Assembly (NCBI RefSeq): GCF_028641065.1
Contig: NC_073394.1
Span: 29,388,001-29,452,000 of the forward strand
DNA from: Leucoraja erinacea
Lineage: Eukaryota
DNA: 64,000 nt
Direction: 5' to 3'
The number at the start of each line of letters is the position of its first letter. Position 1 is the first letter of the stretch. Shown piece by piece: positions 1 to 12,882 of the stretch. Under the pieces are notes generated by a model, which searched no databases, was not told where the DNA came from, and was given only the letters and a program-made list of their open reading frames with translations. Both the position numbers and the translations under genes were made by a program.

Positions 1-249
1 GCGTGACGTATGGCGTTGAGGCGACTGCGAGCCGGCAGGCCGTTGCCGCGTGGAATTTTTTAACACGGTCATTTTTTCGGAGCCCCGCGCGATGTTGGGG
101 CCAACCCCGCACAACTCCATACGGCTCCGGCGATCGAAGTGGGACCAGTCCCGCGAGGCCGTACAGCGACCACGTTAGGTAGCGCTTGCCGCATGGAGTC
201 GCTTAGGTCGCGCTTGCCGCATGGAGTTGCATGCTCGTGGGACAGGCCT
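1..249. mobile_element. Right part of a GC-rich PIF/Harbinger-type MITE, cut by the window edge
   Basis: Ends GTGGGACAGGCCT followed by TTA, the same terminal motif as the complete MITEs at 48959 and 54705. Internal 28-bp tandem duplication at 175-230. Confidence 0.6.
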
Positions 250-1039
250 TTAACTAATAATTGTGAGGTGGACACTGGCTTATGGGGGCTAAAACAAGTG
301 CAGGAAAGGGTGGCTCAGATTTGGGAGACAATAGCGCATTCAGTTACACAAGAGGAAAGTAGGGTTGAAATGGGAAAGTGGCTGCAAGAACGGGAAACAA
401 CTTATGACAACATCAGTTAACATGAGGGCAGGAAAGGACATTTCATGGTCAATACTTTCTGTGTGAGTCTCTAAACTGCTCTGTGAATAAAGTTGAGAGG
501 TAGTTTAGTCTGTAGCACAATTGTCTGAGTTGTCACATCTTTGAAAGTATTCTGCAGTGGAAATTCAATACACAGAGAAACAAGGCTTACATCAATTTGG
601 GGATTAGACTCTGTTTCCCAGAGGTTCTCCTAATCGCCTGCCAAAACTTTATAGTGAAAACCCTGGATGAAGTGGATAAAATCTGTTGTTTTACTTGAAT
701 TTCCACCAATCTTTCACTGAATTTCGAACACATAATTACATGGTATATCATCTGTTCAGACTGTGCCAAATCTTGCAACTTTTAGTACTCTGTTTCACAC
801 TTCACAATGCTTTAAACCCCTATACATGAGCCACATCATTTATTCTCACTCTCATGTTGTATACTTCTATCACAACCTCCAGCAACTCAGCCACTGCATT
901 AATCCCCTTCTCATCCCCACGAGTTCTAACTTGTTCACAACACATCAGCCTACAGTATTTCCAGCACACACTGAAACATGCTTGTCCATCATCACCTATC
1001 ATAGCATTAGACCCAAACAAACTTTGATATGTGGGAATC

Positions 1040-1610
1040 CTTGATGATAGGTGTAGAGGCTGCATCTATCATCAAGGATCCCCACATATCAAAGCTCGTA
1101 CACATGAGCCGCTACATCTAGAAAGAACCATCTGCCATCAAAGATATCCATCATCTGAGCTCTTGCTTCTACTGTTGGGCAGGAGCTACAGAACCCGGAT
1201 GTTGCACACCATCAGGTTCAGGAACAGCTGTTTTCCTACAACTATGATGCTTTGAACCTTAATCCTACCTTAGCAACCTCTTGCATTACCACAGACTTGT
1301 TTTTAATTGTGTACTTTTGTACTAATACCTTGTTTTTATTTTTGCAGTCTTTTCCTTTTCACTGTCTTGTAGAATTTATGTAACTTACGTATAAATTATG
1401 TTTTTACGTGTTGTGTTGTCTTAGTCTTTGAGCCGCAAACAAGACTTTCATTCTACTTGTACCCCATCATTGAATCTTCCAATTTAGTGGAATAGTGGAA
1501 ATTCAAGTAAAACAGTACATTTTACCTTCAACTTAATGACCTTCATCTCCTCATGTTAACTGATGTTATGATAAATTCATATTGTATATGACAATAAACA
1601 TGACAATAAA
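1040..1610 (+). mobile_element. Degenerate 3' end of a Rex1/Babar-type LINE
   Basis: Translated remnants ASIIKDPH and LLLLGRSYRTR..TIRFRNSCFPTT resemble the Rex1/Babar C-terminus. Tail contains TGACAATAAA. Confidence 0.6.
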
Positions 1611-2836
1611 CTAATCTTCTGGAATTTTTTTGATGATGTAACTAGGAAAATGGACAAGGGAGAGCCAGTGGACTTTCTGGACTTGCAGAAATCCTTTGAT
1701 AAGGTCCCACATAGGAGATTAGTGGGCAAAATTAGAGCACGTGGTATTGGCGGTAGAGTACTGACATGGATAGAAAATTGGTTGGCAGACAGGAAACAAA
1801 GAGTAGGGATTAACGGGTCCTTTTCAGAATGGCCGACACTGACTAGTGGGGTGCCTCAACCGCAGCTATTTAATGATTTAGATGAAGGGATTAAAAGTAA
1901 CGAGCAAATTTGCAGATGGCACAAAGCTGGGTGGCAGTGTGAACTGTGAGGAGGATGCTATGCAGATGCAGGGTGACTTGGACATGTTGGGTGGGTGGGC
2001 AGATGCATGGCAGATGCAGTTTAATGTGAATAAATGGGGGGGGGTATCCACTTTGGTGGCAAAACAGGAAGGCAGATTATTATCTGAATGGTGTCAAGTT
2101 GGGAAAAGGGGAAGTACAACGAGATCTGGGGGTCCTTGTTCATCAGTCAATTAAAGTAAGCATGCAGGTACAGCAGGCAGTGAAGAAAGCAAATGGCATG
2201 TTGGTCTTCATAACAAGAGGAGTTGAGAGCAAAGAGGTTCTTCTGTAGTTGTACAGGGTCATAGTGAGATCACACCTGGAGTATTGCGTGCAGTTTTGGA
2301 CTCCAAATTTGAGGAAGGATATTCTTGCTATTGAGGGAGTGCAACGTAGGTTCATGAGGTTAATACCTGGGACGGCGGGACTGTCATATGTTGATAAGAT
2401 TGTAGCGCCTGGACTTGTATACTCTGGAATTTAGAAGGATGAGAGGATATCTTATTGAAACATATAAGATTATTAAGGGATTGGACACGCTGGAGGCAGG
2501 AAACATATTCCCAATGTTGGGGGAGTCCAGAACCAGGGGCCACACTTTAAGATTAAGAGGTAAGCCTTTTAGAATTGAGATGAGGAAAATCTTTTTCACC
2601 CAGAGAGTTGTGAATCTGTGGAATTCTCTGCCTCAGAAGGCGGTGGAGGCCAATTCTCTGGATGCTTTCAAGAGAGAGTTTGATAGAGCTCTTAAAGATA
2701 GCAGAATCAGGGGATATGGGGAGGAGACAAGAACGGGGTACTGATTGTGGATGATCAGCCATGATCACAGTAAATGGCGGTGCTGGCTCGAAGAGCCAAA
2801 TGGCCTTCTCCTGCACCTATTGTCTATTGTCTATTG
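1611..2836 (+). mobile_element. 5'-truncated CR1-clade LINE (HER1-like); frameshifted RT and 3' UTR
   Basis: ORF fragments [50 protein letters not shown]; (CTATTGT)n tail. Confidence 0.95.
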
Positions 2837-3121
2837 ACTTAGCCTGATTTGGCACATCCTTATATTCCTCCAAACCAATTTCCTTCACCACCTCTCCACC
2901 CACATCCAATGCCCTTGAGACCACCCAATGGAAAATCTACCTCTCATTGGTAGCACAGCCTGAACTAGCCCTAGTTCTGCTATCTAGATTTACATTCTTA
3001 ATACTTCTGAAATCTCTTAATTTCTCTATAGGTTTAGTAATTTACTCAAAAGTCATTTTTTTTATCCAAATCTTCAATCTGCATTGTTAGTGACACGAAT
3101 GTCCCTATCTTCATTCCCACC

Positions 3122-3265
3122 ATAGACACAAAATGCTGGAGTCTGAAGAAGGGTGTTGACCCGAAACGTCACCCATTCCTTCTCTCCAGAGATGCTTCCA
3201 GTTCCGTTGAGTTACTCCAGTATTTTGTGTCCACCTTCGCTTTAAACCAGCATCTGCAGTTCGTT
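3122..3265 (+). mobile_element. Penelope pLTR-derived short fold-back insertion carrying a hammerhead motif
   Basis: GACACAAAATGCTGGA...TCCAGTATTTTGTGTC inverted arms; family 3' end AAACCAGCATCTGCAGTTC. Confidence 0.75.
3141..3172 (+). ncRNA. Minimal type I hammerhead ribozyme motif (Penelope type), core intact
   Basis: GT-CTGAAGA-A-GGGT(GTTG)ACCC-GAAA-CGTC|AC; predicted cleavage after 3170. Confidence 0.7.
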
Positions 3266-4345
3266 CCCAAAATTTTTTTTTCCTCAGTGTTTTACACTCA
3301 AGGTACAACACACCTCAAGTGGTGCTGAAAAATGATTGCACAATTTTTTCTCCAAAGATTATGAATAGAGTGGAAATGCAGTTTTTAATAAAATATCTTT
3401 CAGAGAAATAGGTTAGGTGAGTCAAATGCCTTTTCTCATTCATACTATGTTGCTCATGAATAGAATAAGCCAGGGGAAAAAAAAATACTTTCCAGTTATA
3501 GATCTCCAAAAGCAAATGTTAAATGAAAGTAAGATGCCTCCTTAATACAAATCGTGTGTTATCAAAAGAGAAATACAACCAAAAGGGAAGGAAACCATAA
3601 CAACACAACTCTTTGTCTTCAGAAATAATCCTTTCAGTTTCAAAATGACATCTTCAGGAACACAATTCTCTGGTCATTCAATTCTAGTTTTCTTTGTACT
3701 TATTGGACTAGTCTAGATCAATAGCATGTTTTGTAATTATTATTAAGTACAATCCTGCACTCATTATTGAGGTGTATTTTAAATTAAACTTTCAGTAAAA
3801 CAGGCAATTGAGTTGTCAGTGTCTGATCACAGCATCCAGCTCTAATGAAAAGCTGATTTATTGAGCAGTCCATTTGGAAACATCAAACTCAATCGAGAAA
3901 CGTTACATTCCAACAGTATCCACAAAAGACTTCACCAAAACCTGCCAGGTCATTTAACAATCTATAAAAAACAGCAAAGTGAACTAATATTTGAACCTCA
4001 TTCAATGAAGCTGTCAGAGTCAAATTAAGACATTCTTTGGCTATTAAAGAAAATTAATTTGCTTTTGATCAAAAAATATACATAATAATAAACCAAAATC
4101 TTAAGAAAAAGAAAATAATCCGATCTTCCTCTTGCTGTCGGACCTATTACATTTACATATGAATGAAGATTTTAATGGAAAAACCAAATCCTGAATTTAA
4201 AGCTTCATTATTAAATGTCACTGCAATAATTGAAAATTAATTGTAAAAGAATGCACAATCTATCAAACTAATGGTGGCTTATCCAGTTAAACCACACAGT
4301 CTGTGATTGCGTGAAGGGGTTTTTCAGCTAGACATTGCTCTGCCA

Positions 4346-4349
<4 letters not shown>

Positions 4350-4378
<29 letters not shown>

Positions 4379-4385
4379 ATATATA
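4350..4385. repeat. (TA)n microsatellite
   Basis: Direct reading of the sequence. Confidence 0.95.
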
Positions 4386-4797
4386 GCTCAGTCCGACCAT
4401 GAAGTCGTGCCTCCACATGTATATGGTTAGGAGATTTGAAAGCAGGAAGGCTCATATTAATGCAGTGTAAGCAACACTGGTATTAACCACAGCCAGTGCA
4501 TTAAGGCATTAATGCATTAAAAAGGCTCAGCAGAGAACAAGAAGACTGAGGGTTCAAACCTTACCTCTCTCTCAGAAACGTTACGGAGCAACTTTGAACC
4601 AGGTTTTAGGATCCAGTGGGAAAGTGTGCGTGATCTACATGCTGTTTACATTATTGGTCAAAGTTAGCAGCATAGCCAGATGTTTGCTTGTTCCAAACTA
4701 CCATTTCTTTTAAGTGCAATGGTTAGTGCCATTATCTGGCACTTGGTTCTTGCTGAGCAAAGGCATCGAGAGAATTTAGAACTGAGTTTGTACATTG

Positions 4798-4895
4798 TAG
4801 ATAGACACGAAATGCTGAAGTAACTCAGCGAGACAGGCAGCATCTCTGGAGAGAAGGAATGGGTGACGTTTCTAGTCTGGACAAGACCCTTCTTG
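4798..4895 (-). mobile_element. Penelope pLTR fragment with decayed hammerhead
   Basis: AGACACGAAATGCTGAAGTAACTCAGCG...GGTGACGTTTC matches the family in reverse. Confidence 0.7.
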
Positions 4896-5242
4896 TTGAG
4901 TATAGTCTACATTGTCCTGCATAGCATGCCACTAATATGAGCTCTCCAAACCAAGCATAGCCAACTAATACATTGCATCATAATGTGCAAGGCATGTTTG
5001 TGAATATGACAGTCCAGGCACACTGTCCCTGCCGTTCCACACAAGAAGATCAGGTTCTTTTTGACTGAGCAAAGACAGCCGAGCCTGCCGTAATCACCAG
5101 TGGCATTTTCACCCAAGGCAGAATATTATGCGTCCCAATGCCTCTTCCAAAGATTGTGAGCATAGAAGCTAAGGAGGGTAAATAATTTCAGGATAGTCCT
5201 AAGGGAGCACACTGCATTGCCAGACATACCTTTGTAAATGAG

Positions 5243-5445
5243 TAGGAAGGAACTGCTGGTTTATAATGAAGACAGACACAAAGTGCTGGAACAACTCAGC
5301 TGGTCAGGCAGCATCTCTGGAGAGAAGGAAATAGTGACATTTCAGTCTTAAGAAGGGTTCTGACCCAAAACACCCCCCCCTGGTCCTTTTCTCCAGAGAT
5401 GCTGCCTGACCCGCTGAGTTGCTCCAGCACTTTGTGTCTATCTTG
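5243..5445. mobile_element. Penelope pLTR-derived fold-back insertion inside an older DeuSINE-like relic
   Basis: Inverted arms AGACACAAAGTGCTGGA...TCCAGCACTTTGTGTCT; decayed hammerhead at the centre. Confidence 0.75.
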
Positions 5446-5891
5446 TTAAATATCCTATTTCTCTATTTTGAGGAACAATAAAGGAGTTCTTCCTAGATCC
5501 TCAGCCTATAATTATACTGCAGCAAGCAACTTAAAAAAAAAAAAAGAATCTCTCAAGAGGCTCAATGTATTTGAAACCCAGAAGCTAAATGCAATCTTGA
5601 GTGTGGTACCCCTGTAGTGTACTTCTGCGAATTTGAATTAGATCATATGTCCATTTGATGGGCACGTACAGAGAGCAGAACGGATGAGTGCAGAGATGCT
5701 GAACGCCATGCCACATGTTTTGATGTCAACTGCTGAACTGCTCTGCAATCAAAGCCTGTGAACTTGATACATTAAAGCAGGCCATAATTGGAGATTTGAA
5801 GCATGCTTTGGGACACACAAAAAAAACAATCCTCTACTGCCATGAATCCAAGAGATTTATCATCTTGCAGCTATCTCTAGGCCCCATAGCA

Positions 5892-6070
5892 GAAGCGTCC
5901 ACGTCGTGGGGCTGGAAACTGGAAGTATCCTGAGCTAATTCTGCCACCACCATCATCTATTGAGACAAGGGATGGCTTCCACTGATTGTCGCCGGAAGCT
6001 TGCGTCCTTTTCAGGACGGATGATGGCAGTGAGGTCAACATTTGTAACAAGATGGACATGAAGAAGAAGC
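5892..6070 (+). mobile_element. Short retroelement with (GAA)n tail, probably an RTE-clade 3' end; second copy inverted at 60123-60305
   Basis: Two clearly homologous copies in the window; GAAGAAGAAG tail. Confidence 0.55.
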
Positions 6071-7380
6071 TATCTTTAAGTACTTTTCCTGGTGCTTTTT
6101 CACAACCCGCCACTCACTGACGATATCCCTCGGATGGTCTGTCTTCATCCGTCCCATCCACTGCCAACCTCTGAACCACTTATCTGACCTTTGACCTGAT
6201 CGTGAGCCCCCTCCCCCTTCCCCAAATTTCCATCCTGATGCCTTTGTCCAATGATGTTCCCAAAGCAATCAATCCCCTCCCTATTCAATACCCACCCAGC
6301 ACAAAGCCCATCTAACCTCCTGCTTTTGGTTGTAATATACTCTGAAACATAGTTAAAATTTAAAACCTGATTACAGAATTCCTCAAAATTGTTCTCGTAC
6401 CTTCTAGCACTCCAGGCTTTGTGGAAATGAAAGACGTTTGATGTGATGATGAAGTAAATACTTTTGATACTTTCCCACAAATCTATCCTTGACAATGGAG
6501 GAATGTTGTAGTTCACACTTCTGTGTCACAATGTACTCTATTTTCTTCCGGTACAAATTTCTTGACTCAACTTGAAAATATTCATTAATCACCTGTATTT
6601 TTTTCCTCTGATGCTCAGCACAAGATACGCAATTTACTGCTTCAACCATGTCCAGAGATGACAACCTGATTGTAAAATGTAATTCCTCTTCTGCATCATT
6701 GTGGGCCTTTCTCCAGTATCTTCCTTGCTTAAATTGAAATGCTAAATAGACTTCAAGTAAAAAAAATGTACAAATTGCCTATTTTTGTCCAGCTGATAAA
6801 AATGTGGAAGCAAGCACAAGTCGGATCTTCTCGTTGTGTGATTGAATTCAGCTGTTGCTAAACTTGGTGAGGACCAGCAGGTCGTTTTGCAAACCAGCAT
6901 CTGCAGTTCTTTGTTTCTACATGTCAAAGTACAATAATGGTTTTACTGAATTTAAATGTCACTCTCCCACCAGGTTGGGAGATATCAAATAGCACAGTGG
7001 AATGAGCGCCACAACTTGCATTTCCCTTGTCAGAAATTAAGGTTTGCAGAAAAAGGTTGATGAGCTAGTTACGACAATGACATTATAGATACAATAAACG
7101 TATTCATTCATTCATTCATTCATTATGTATGGCCAAATTGGTGTTTATTACATATTAACACCAACCCTCATAGAGCGTTGAACAGTACGGCACAGGTATA
7201 TAGGCCCTTCAATCCACAGCGTTTGCGCTGAATATGATGCCAAAGTTAACTGATCTCATCTGTCCACACATGATCCATATGCCTACATTCCTTCCATTCA
7301 AAGGAGGTGACACGGCATTGAAAGAAATTGAATGACCAGGACACTTGCGACATGAAACCTGATTTCAGGTCTCTCAACAG

Positions 7381-7700
7381 GGGCGGCACAGTGGAGCAGC
7401 GGTAGAGTTGCTGTCTTTCAGTGCCAGAGACCCGGGTTCGATCCTGACCTACTGGTGCTGTCTGTACAGAGTTTGTAAAATTCTCCCTGGGACTGAGTGG
7501 GGTTTCTCTGGGTGCTCTGGTTTCCTCTCACAATCTAAAGATGTACAGGTTTGTAGGTTCATTGGCTTTGGTAAAGATTGTAAATTGTTCCTAGTTTGTC
7601 GGATAGTGCTAGTGTACATGGTGATCGCTGGTCGGCGTGGACTCGGTGGGCCGAAGGGCCTGTTTCTGAGCTGTATCTCTAAAGACTAAAAAAATCTAAA
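7381..7700 (+). mobile_element. Full-length tRNA-derived V-SINE (HE1-like)
   Basis: A box TGGAGCAGCGG, B box GGTTCGATCC, V-domain GGTTTCCTCTCACAATCTAAAGA, CR1-like tail GGGCCGAAGGGCCTGTTTC. Confidence 0.9.
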
Positions 7701-8084
7701 CCTGAAATGTTAACTGTTTCTCGAGATACCAGCTGACCTTAAAGTGTTTCTAGCATTTTATATTTTGAATTCAGATTTCCATCATCAGCAGTTTTTTTAA
7801 TTAATTTTCATTTTGTGGCACATCAACTCTTGGCTAAGGAGGATAACGGTGATTTTTGACATGCAGTCCATGCGTTCCTCCATTTTCTACACTTTCACCC
7901 ATGTGCGCCCAGACCGACACCTCCCTTTGCAGAACACTACTGCCTCTCGCCCATGTCAATATACATGAATAACCACAAAAACATTCAGCTTATAAACCAG
8001 AGGAAACACTAGCACATTGTTCATGTAGACTTGCAAACCCAATGATGGAAACTGTTCACAGGCAAGAGAATGAAAGTATTTAGA

Positions 8085-8310
8085 GTGTAAAGTTTAGGGA
8101 TACAGCTTGCCTTCAGTCACTTCAGCCCACTTGAAGTCCATGCAGACCATCTAGTTCTATGTTATCCAATTTTCACATCCACTCTCTTCACATGAGGCAA
8201 ATTACAGAGGCCAATTAATCTACAAATACCCACGTCTTTGGGAGGAAAACAGAGGACCTGGAGGAAACCCTTGCAGTCACAGGAATAATGTGCAAACTCC
8301 ACACAGACAA
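8085..8310 (-). mobile_element. HE1-like V-SINE, partial
   Basis: Reverse-complement match to the V-domain and tail. Confidence 0.75.
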
Positions 8311-8391
8311 ACAGAACAGTGCGCAGTTCTGCAATGACATTTCGTTCAGACCGAAAGGTCTGAATGACAAATACAGGATCTAAGTCTAAGT
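8311..8391 (+). mobile_element. Very short LINE 3' tail (Rex1/Babar- or L2-like) with stem-loop and (TCTAAG)n end
   Basis: CATTT-CGTTCAGACC-GAAA-GGTCTGAATG-ACAAATA followed by TCTAAGTCTAAG. Confidence 0.5.
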
Positions 8392-8655
8392 ACAGCGTCA
8401 GAGACCTGGGTTTGATACTGACTATGGGTGCTGTCTGCACAAAGTTTGTACTTTCTTCCTGTGACAGCATGTGTTTTCTCCAAAGGGCTCCGTTTTTTTC
8501 CCACACTCCAAAGAAGTACAGGTTTGTAGGTTAATTGGCTTCTGTAAAAATTGTAAATTGTCCCTAGTGTGTGTAGGACAGTGCTAGTGTACGGGGTGAT
8601 CGGTGGTTGGCATGGACTCAGTGGGCTGAAGGACCTGTTTCCACGCTGTATCTCT
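8392..8655 (+). mobile_element. HE1-like V-SINE lacking the A box
   Basis: B-box remnant, V-domain and tail. Confidence 0.85.
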
Positions 8656-11261
8656 ACAGTGTAAAGATAGCACCCAACGTCAGGATCAAACCAGGGTCTC
8701 CAGCGCTTTGTGATAGCAGCTCCACCAACTGCACCATGGTTGTTAATATTAGATCTTACTTCACCATGATCATTAATAAAGAAGAGCTGTGCTGGAATAG
8801 GAATATTTTTCAAATTGTGGCATTCACGTTGGCTTTAAATTTAAAACAAAACTCTTGCAACTCATCAAAATTGGAAAAATCGTTCTCAGGATATCCCAAG
8901 GTGCTTTGGAGATGTCAAATTATTTCTAACATGTGCTCACTGTAAATGAATGCTTACGGTAGCCAGTTCTAAATATGTACCACTCTGAGAGGACTGATCT
9001 CCACTGAATGTGGTATTTCTATACACTGTGCCAGCCAGGCTAATGATCATGCCAAGACTGCCAATAATCGTGGAATTATAAGCAATTTCACGCTGTGGAC
9101 TCTCAGTCACTGGGGAATTGAGCTGAACCAACCACAATCATTTAATATAGAAATCTCACAGCATGATGGTATTTTCATCCCTTTAGTTTAAGGCAGGAAC
9201 CAAGTCCAGAAGGTCCCAATGATGAAGCTACAGACATCACTAAACCTAATTCTACCTCAATGCTCATTCACATTACCAAACAAACTGCTAGTTAGAGTTA
9301 CAATAACATAACGCGCACACACAAGGTCAAACAGCAAAAATGCTTTAACAATGACCTTTAAACTGGTACTGTTAACACTACCATCATAAGGAAAATATTT
9401 TAATTGTCACTTATGTAGCTAATTCATTATCAAACCTTTCTTCAGTTTCATCATCAATTTCCTAATGTAGAGCACAACATTATGCTCTGATTTCAACATT
9501 CCTGTTGGGTTTCATAACCATCCTATTTGCCCACTGAAGACTTGAGTTGCACATGTCCACTGCTTTGCATCTCATAGTTTGGGCTTTTCCTTCCTTCCAA
9601 GACAGGGTTGCCTGATCAAGGCAACAACCCCAACAGAGACATGGCACAAAGTACCCAAGTACCACTTCACAATCTCAGTATGAAACTCTACACCTTGTTT
9701 GATAACTGTAGTATTTCAAACCTCAGATTTGGTATTATGTGATCATTCATTACGAATTTATCTCATCTTCACACAATTATCAGCAAGCGATGGACGTTTC
9801 CATCAACAAAGCTCAAGGTGTAGAAGTACCATTATGTCGGAAGGAATTGCAGATGATGATAGACACAAAATTCAGACTGAACAAGCGTCTTGATCCAAAA
9901 CGTCACCTATTCCTTTTCTCCGGAGAAGCACGGAAGATAATTCTATGTTGACTGACATTTTCTGAAGGGTGGTATTCTAATGAATAAAATGTCACAATAG
10001 AAGTTTGGGTATTTTTGGTCTCCGGGGATGAGGAGCTGATCCATTGCAGATGTCCATGGTTACCATTTTATGGTAGGAATAGAACCAATAAATGTAGCCC
10101 CATGGTTGGGTCAAGCAGAGAGTTAATGGAGGATAATAGACTGGCCGTCTATGTTGATTACAGTAAAATCCCTTATCATATATCTATACACTGTAAATGG
10201 ATCGATTGTAATCATGTATTGTCTTTCTGCTGACTGGTTAGCATATAACAAAAGCTTTTCACTGCACCTCGGTACACTTGACAATAAACTAAACTAACTA
10301 ACTTCATAATTGATGGAAGGAAGACACGTGGTTGCAGCCATGAAGAATGCTGCTGGTAACTTTCACCAGAGTGGTCGCACGTGGCCCTCTGGGTGTTGCC
10401 GTTTCCTCCCACATTCTAAAGATATGCAGGTTGGCAGGTGTATTGGCTTCTGGAAATTGTCCCAAGTGTGTAGGGAAAGTACGGGACATCGCTGGTCTGC
10501 GCAGATTCGGTGGTCCGAAGGGCCTGTTTCCACGTTGTATCTCTAAACAAAACTAAACTAAGCACTTGCGGCATTTTGTTTTGCATTTTGCAAAATTTCC
10601 AGAGGAATTTAAGAAAAGAATGGCCAAAAGAATGGAGGATGAGCCACAATGAGAGAGTTGGAGGAATAATTAATGGTTGGGATAAAAATATTATGAAGCA
10701 TTGAAGAGAGTACGGTTTGGAAGAACTTCAGTTATGTACGATTAATGCTGCTAATGGTTCTACCAACGATGTTATGACAAAGACTGAGAGAGCCATAAAG
10801 CCATAATCGGAGAATTGGCAAGTACAATTGGTCGAAGAAGGTTGATGTGATAATGGGGCAAGACTATGTGAAAACAAAAGATCCACATTTTAAATTCACA
10901 ATGCAGATGTACAATAAATGGGTGAGGCCAAGGGGGAGATTATGTAAGTGGTTAAAATGTGAACCAGTTGGAGTGTGAAGAATGAGATGCCAGCACAGAG
11001 AACCTTCAAGACAGTCAAGAATCACATCAGCTTGGCCACTGGATTGAGTGTCAATTACCAAGGGGTGGATGAATAGGAGGTGGCTTTTGAAATTCGATCA
11101 CACAGTATGCCAGGGTTTTTCAAGTTTTGGCCAGTCTTCACCTAATGGATTAGAATGGGTTGACAGAACAGATGTGGGTAGGCTTTCTATGGAGGAGACT
11201 GTTAATGGTAATTTTCAATATAAATATTTATCTTTTGCTCAGGAGGCTTGTTAAGAATATA

Positions 11262-11447
11262 GTGTTTAAGAAGGAACTGCAGATGCTGGAAAATCGAAGG
11301 TACACAAAAATGCTGGAGAAACTCAGCGGGTGCAGCAGCATTATGGAGCAAAGGAGATAGGCAACGTTTTGGCCCGAAACGTTGCCTATTTCCTTCGCTC
11401 CATAGATGCTGATGCACCCGCTGAGTTTCTCCAGCATTTTTGTGTAC
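11262..11447. mobile_element. Penelope pLTR-derived fold-back insertion with 15-bp TSD
   Basis: Long inverted arms centred on GGCAACGTTTTGGCCCGAAACGTTGCC; CTTGTTAAGAATATA at 11247-11261 and 11448-11462. Confidence 0.85.
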
Positions 11448-12578
11448 CTTGTTAAGAATATAACATGTATTTTCTCTATTGAAGTGGCCATGTTTCCACT
11501 TGCATCTGCAGAATAGTTATTCTTTCAGTTTTAAAAGGGAAAGATCTCATCCCAAAGATGTCAACAGATGGCATTGGAACTGAAAGTGCGGTGGATTTTA
11601 TTCCTGGAAAAGTGAAATAAAATAATATCTTCCAGAAACTTGAATGTTCGGCAACTTTACACCAAAATGTCGTACGTTTGATCTCCAAGTTGAACGTATG
11701 TGTGGTCGGCAGATGAATACAATTAGTATCAAAACCCCTTGGCAGCAAGAGCGGAGAATATTCAGCATAATTCCCCACTTATTCCCAGCTCATCTCTTTG
11801 GTTTTGATTAATGGGGAAAGTAGGAATTTAGGATCAATTGTGATGTTCGTTACAAACATCCAGCCTGATAGTAGAGAGTAGTTACTGAGCAACACATCGA
11901 CACAGTTAGCTTTATTATACACATTGAGGTGAGAATTTGTTTCAGGAACCAAAAAAAACAGATTGTAACACCCTACAATGGAGAACTTAAATGTGTGTGA
12001 ATCTACTTATGCTATCATTCAATGTGGAACCCATCCCTTCATTAAACTCTGCAATCTGACCCTTCTTCACCAGTAGTCCAGAACCACATGCACTCACACA
12101 CACACATACACACATCCATGCATGCACACAAACACAATCAAACTCACCATCTCTCTGTCTCCGGGACAGTAGTTCCCAACATGGCATCTGTGTTGCTCAA
12201 GTACAGGGTGACAAAGATTGCAAGAAATCCATAAAGTTTGAATGAATGGAAGTGATTTTGTTAGAAAGTTCACAAAAAAAGTTAAAAATAAATAAAAGTA
12301 TACCTGGCAGACTGCTACTGACCTTGCGAGTTGTTGGCAGTCTCCTGTACCCACTGGGACATCCCCATCTCATGGAAAGGAGCAGTTGATGACATAGTTG
12401 TGGATGTTGTAGAGTTTGGCAAAAACGTGGGTAGGATTTTTATGGAGGTCACATATTACAGCACAGGAACAGGCCCCTTCGCCCACAATGTCTGTGCCAA
12501 ACATGATGCCAAGATAAAGTAATTTCATCTGCCTACACATAATCCATACCCTACATATCCATATGCCTATGTAACAGT

Positions 12579-12766
12579 GTAGGAAGAAACTGCAGATGCT
12601 GGCTCATACCGACAATAGGCACAAATTTGCTGGAGTACCTCAGTAGGTCAGGAAGTACCTTTGGAGAAAAAGAATAGGTGATGTTTCAGATCGGAACCCT
12701 TCTTCAGACGGTAAGATAGAGAAGGAGAGATATTGGCTTGGGCCACATAGTTATTCAATGATTTTG
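12579..12766 (-). mobile_element. Penelope pLTR-derived insertion with TSD, inside a CR1 3' remnant
   Basis: Hammerhead-like motif on minus strand at 12677-12709; TGCCTAT(G/C)TAACAGT at 12564-12578 and 12767-12781. Confidence 0.75.
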
Positions 12767-12882
12767 TGCCTATCTAACAGTCTCTTAAACACCACCGTCG
12801 TATCTGCCATCAACTCCACCTACACTGGCAACACATACCAGGCACCCATCTGTAAAAAAAAATGTCCTCCGCACATCATCAT

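Noticed and set aside
7381-7450. tRNA gene suggested by A and B boxes
   Set aside because: It is the head of a V-SINE with many copies; no cloverleaf or terminator
12140-12354. Minus-strand donor-like ATG|GTGAGT near 12147 with an upstream open frame
   Set aside because: No convincing acceptor and no resemblance to B4GALNT4 or any protein I recognise
12790-12865. Minus-strand TTTTTTTTTACAG|ATGG as B4GALNT4 exon 2
   Set aside because: The sequence is a CR1 3' remnant with no similarity to the expected exon
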